DNA from: Promethearchaeota archaeon
GTDB taxonomy: Archaea > Asgardarchaeota > Lokiarchaeia > Sigyniarchaeales > SOKP01
Direction of reading: 5' to 3'
Assembly: GCA_048940925.1 (NCBI GenBank)
Contig: JBHLOC010000078.1
Location: 1-10,392 of the forward strand
DNA: 10,392 nt
Part shown: positions 7,661-10,392 of the stretch, in pieces
Layout of the letters: the number at the start of each line of letters is the position of its first letter
How positions within the stretch are numbered: the first letter of the stretch is position 1
Position numbers and translations under genes: made by a program
Notes under the pieces: model-generated
Seen by the model: the letters and a program-made list of their open reading frames with translations, nothing else
Database searches by the model: none
Told to the model about the DNA's origin: nothing

Positions 7661-7912
7661 GGTATAAAAAGTATATTACTTTGTTAGTAATCAAAATTAA
7701 CCTGAAAATTTTAGTTTTATTTTTCAAAATAATTTAAAAATTAGAAAAAAATCAAATTAATTTTGGTAAATTATAATTTGGATTGCTTTTGGAAATAATT
7801 AATGCATGCCATCTTGACCGTATAATTATACAATAATATTAAAAATAATTAGTTCTATTATTCTAATTACATAATTTTGAAATATAATACTTATGAAAAA
7901 GATGAAAAAAAA

Positions 7913-9385
7913 ATGGAAAGAAACCTTGATAAGGATCTAGCTAAAATTCTCAAGAAAGAAAAATTTCAGGCTAGTATGGTAAGTTACATGTCTAAAGTGG
8001 GAAAATTATTACTTTTTACACTTCCTATAGTGCTTGTAATTATTACTCTACTAACCCTCTTCACTGAGCTTGATATTACTTTGACAATAATTTTCTATAC
8101 AATCTTATCTGTATATTTATTCAATTCAGTAATGCTATTGTTAGGAGCTAATTCCACAGAATCATCTCTTAAATTACGGTTGAAATTTGAAAGAAAAAGA
8201 GGTCGACCAATCGATAGTCTCGATGGCTTTGATTTGTTAGCAAATAATGTAAAAAAGGTTACCAATTTATTGAAAGTGATTTCTCTAATTTGCTTTGTTG
8301 CCTTAGTATTATTTATTATAATGATTTTTCTTAGTGATCTTAATTTAGGATTTGCAGCAGCAGGTTTTGCTTTAGTAGGTTTTGGATTAGCATTATTAAT
8401 TCGAAGTTTGAATCTTAATATCCATGATGTTAATGGTCTTCAAGATTATTATAAACCCACTACTCATCAGATATTTCTGGATAATTTTTTCGCTGAAATT
8501 CTCTCAAATCATCTAGATCCAGTGACGTTCCTTAAATGGGATGAATATTTAGCAGAGTTGAATAAGATTTTAAATTATAGTTTCATTGAAAAAATTAAAG
8601 AGACCGAACCAGATGAGCTTCCTATAACTTTTGCTATCGAAAGGCTATTATTTCTTTACTACTTGAATTTTCAGGAAGTTCTCTCAGAGGATCAATTAAT
8701 TCAAGAATTAAAAGAAATTATTAATGTAGATTCGGAAAATTTTGATGTTGAGAAAGGAATATATATGGAAAATAGATGGTACTTCTGTATGAAAGACATT
8801 GATAAACTATTCGATTATATTAAAGAATACAATCCTGGTTTTTTCAATATAATAGACCGATTACAATTGGAACTAGCCGATAATATTGAACGTATCGCAA
8901 AAGATCCAATCTATATGGACTCAACAGCTCAAGAAGTTGTATATCTAAATTCAGAATTGAATATTTTTTGTTTTTTGTATAATAATTCTCCGGAAGCTAA
9001 AAGATATATAATAAAAATAAATGCACCAGGATTTGAACCTAGTAAATTGAAGCTTGACATTGAAGTAGAAGGAAGAGGTACATTTATGATACCAAATACT
9101 CCGATTCCATTAATATCTTCTGAAGGTAATGATATTGTGGGAGTATTATCAACAATGTTAGAAAACGGAGATACTACATGGTTGACTTTAGAACCCCGAA
9201 AAGTTGGTGAACAAACAGTCCAAATTTTTCTACTCACAGAAGATGGGACTATAATTGAAGGAAAGACTCGTGTAGTCAAGGTATCGAAAAATATTAAGGA
9301 TTATCTTAAAAAATTAAGCTCAATCGGCTCCCTACTCGGTGGTCTTGCAGTACCACTTGCTAAAATCTTGCCCTCAATGTTATAA
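7913..9385 (+). CDS. Hypothetical membrane protein: four N-terminal TM helices, a helical middle domain, a probable Ig-like beta-sandwich and a hydrophobic C-terminal helix. Start is ATG 7913 or TTG 7877.
   Basis: Long ORF with four clear hydrophobic segments (LLLFTLPIVLVIITLLTLF; ITLTIIFYTILSVYLFNSVMLLLGA; VISLICFVALVLFIIMIFL; LGFAAAGFALVGFGLALLI). I recognise no catalytic motif. Confidence 0.85.
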   Translation: MERNLDKDLAKILKKEKFQASMVSYMSKVGKLLLFTLPIVLVIITLLTLFTELDITLTIIFYTILSVYLFNSVMLLLGANSTESSLKLRLKFERKRGRPIDSLDGFDLLANNVKKVTNLLKVISLICFVALVLFIIMIFLSDLNLGFAAAGFALVGFGLALLIRSLNLNIHDVNGLQDYYKPTTHQIFLDNFFAEILSNHLDPVTFLKWDEYLAELNKILNYSFIEKIKETEPDELPITFAIERLLFLYYLNFQEVLSEDQLIQELKEIINVDSENFDVEKGIYMENRWYFCMKDIDKLFDYIKEYNPGFFNIIDRLQLELADNIERIAKDPIYMDSTAQEVVYLNSELNIFCFLYNNSPEAKRYIIKINAPGFEPSKLKLDIEVEGRGTFMIPNTPIPLISSEGNDIVGVLSTMLENGDTTWLTLEPRKVGEQTVQIFLLTEDGTIIEGKTRVVKVSKNIKDYLKKLSSIGSLLGGLAVPLAKILPSML

Positions 9386-9402
9386 AAATAGGATTAATAT
9401 TA

Positions 9403-9420
9403 TTTTTTTTATTTTTTCTT
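9403..9420 (+). terminator. Oligo-T tract, candidate terminator of the membrane protein gene
   Basis: ttttttttattttttctt begins 18 nt after the stop. Confidence 0.45.
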
Positions 9421-9613
9421 ATCCTTAGTTAAGTTTTATCGAATCTCTATGAGAATTCTCAATATCAAAATTATGAAACATAAATTTAAATATCATTAGT
9501 TAACTATATATGTGTTTTAAATAATAGTAAAGAATAGAACAATCAAATCTAGCCTTTATTATAAAGTTTATAGAAAAATCTCAATGTATATTAAATAATA
9601 GGGGTAAATATGA

Positions 9614-10392
9614 TTGAGTGAATCAGAACTTTATCAAACTAAGAAAATATTTAAAGAATTATTTGAAAATATAAACAGCGGAGTTTCCATTTGCGAAACA
9701 TTGGACAATGGCAAAAATTTTATAATTAGAGAAATGAATAAAGCAGGTATGGATATATGTGAAGTTTCCAGAAAAAATGTAATTGGAAAAAATCTTAGTG
9801 CTATATTTCCAAGTGTAGAGGAATTCGGATTTATTAATGCTTTAAGGAGGGTTTGGAAAACAGGTAAAGCAGAACACTTTCCTATATCTCGATATCAAGA
9901 TGATAGATTATATGGTTGGACTGAAATGTATATTTATAAATTGCCTTCTGAAAAAGTGGTTGCTATTTTTGATTCACAGACAAAACTTGTTGAAATCAAA
10001 CAAAATTTTAATAAGAAAGTAGAATTTGAAAGGGCAATCTCTACAATTTCATCCCGATTTGTAAATCCTGATGACACTGATGAAGCAATTAATTTATCTC
10101 TCAAAGAAATTGGAATGATAAGCCAAGCAAGCCGAAGTTATTTATTTAGATTTAATGAAGATAAAAATACAATGAGTAATACACATGAATGGTGTTCTAA
10201 AGGAGTGAATCCTCAAAAGGAGCAACTTCAAGATGTTCCCATGGAATCATTCCGATGGTCAATAAATAAGCTAAAGAAGGATGAAGTTTTGAGTATAGAA
10301 AAAATTGAAACTTTACCTTCTAACGCATCAGCAGAAAAAGAAGAATTCTTAAGGGAAAATATAAAATCACTTATTTTCTTACCTTTTAAGCT
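9614..10392 (+). CDS. PAS plus GAF domain sensor protein, 5' part only (probably a histidine kinase; the output domain lies outside the window)
   Basis: Translated by hand because it is not in the ORF track. The frame is open from TTG 9614 to the window end: MSESELYQTKKIFKELFENINSGVSIC..FIIREMNKAG..VIGKNLSAIFP..RVWKTG..VAIFD (PAS), then FERAISTISSRFV..AINLSLKEIG..SRSYLFRF..MSNTHEWCSKGV..IKSLIFLP (GAF). An in-frame TGA sits directly upstream, and an SD-like AGGGGT is at 9600-9605. Confidence 0.88.
   Translation, partial: MSESELYQTKKIFKELFENINSGVSICETLDNGKNFIIREMNKAGMDICEVSRKNVIGKNLSAIFPSVEEFGFINALRRVWKTGKAEHFPISRYQDDRLYGWTEMYIYKLPSEKVVAIFDSQTKLVEIKQNFNKKVEFERAISTISSRFVNPDDTDEAINLSLKEIGMISQASRSYLFRFNEDKNTMSNTHEWCSKGVNPQKEQLQDVPMESFRWSINKLKKDEVLSIEKIETLPSNASAEKEEFLRENIKSLIFLPFK

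Noticed and set aside
8929-9279. 116-aa minus-strand ORF
   Set aside because: Antisense shadow inside the membrane protein gene, with no independent signal.
1-10392. Selenocysteine or pyrrolysine recoding, or a SECIS element
   Set aside because: No protein appears truncated at an in-frame TGA or TAG, the Cys motifs are complete, and I saw no convincing SECIS-like hairpin.
1-10392. CRISPR array, tRNA/rRNA, IS element or tandem repeats
   Set aside because: All intergenic gaps are under about 260 bp and lack regularly spaced repeats, cloverleafs or terminal inverted repeats. There is no transposase or integrase ORF.

Overview
AT-rich (roughly 30% GC by eye), gene-dense prokaryotic window with nine complete CDSs and one that runs off the right edge. 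In order: an HSL-family alpha/beta hydrolase; a metV-metF (methylene-THF reductase) pair; a minus-strand pair of a COG1237-like metallo-beta-lactamase (MBL)-fold hydrolase and a radical SAM/Twitch-like protein; a VIT1/CCC1 metal transporter convergent with a rubrerythrin; a second MBL-fold hydrolase with a winged-helix-like tail; a ~490-aa four-TM membrane protein I cannot assign, with a probable Ig-like domain; and a 5' partial PAS-GAF sensor missing from the ORF track. Most first genes lack Shine-Dalgarno sites, there are TATA-like boxes and oligo-T tracts without strong hairpins, and the gene content fits an anaerobic archaeon. Lokiarchaeia/Asgard is my best guess, and that is inference only. 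I found no rRNA, tRNA, CRISPR array or mobile element. I cannot claim a new system from the sequence alone. The best leads are the unassigned membrane protein, the MBL plus radical SAM pair beside metVF, and the VIT1/rubrerythrin pair.
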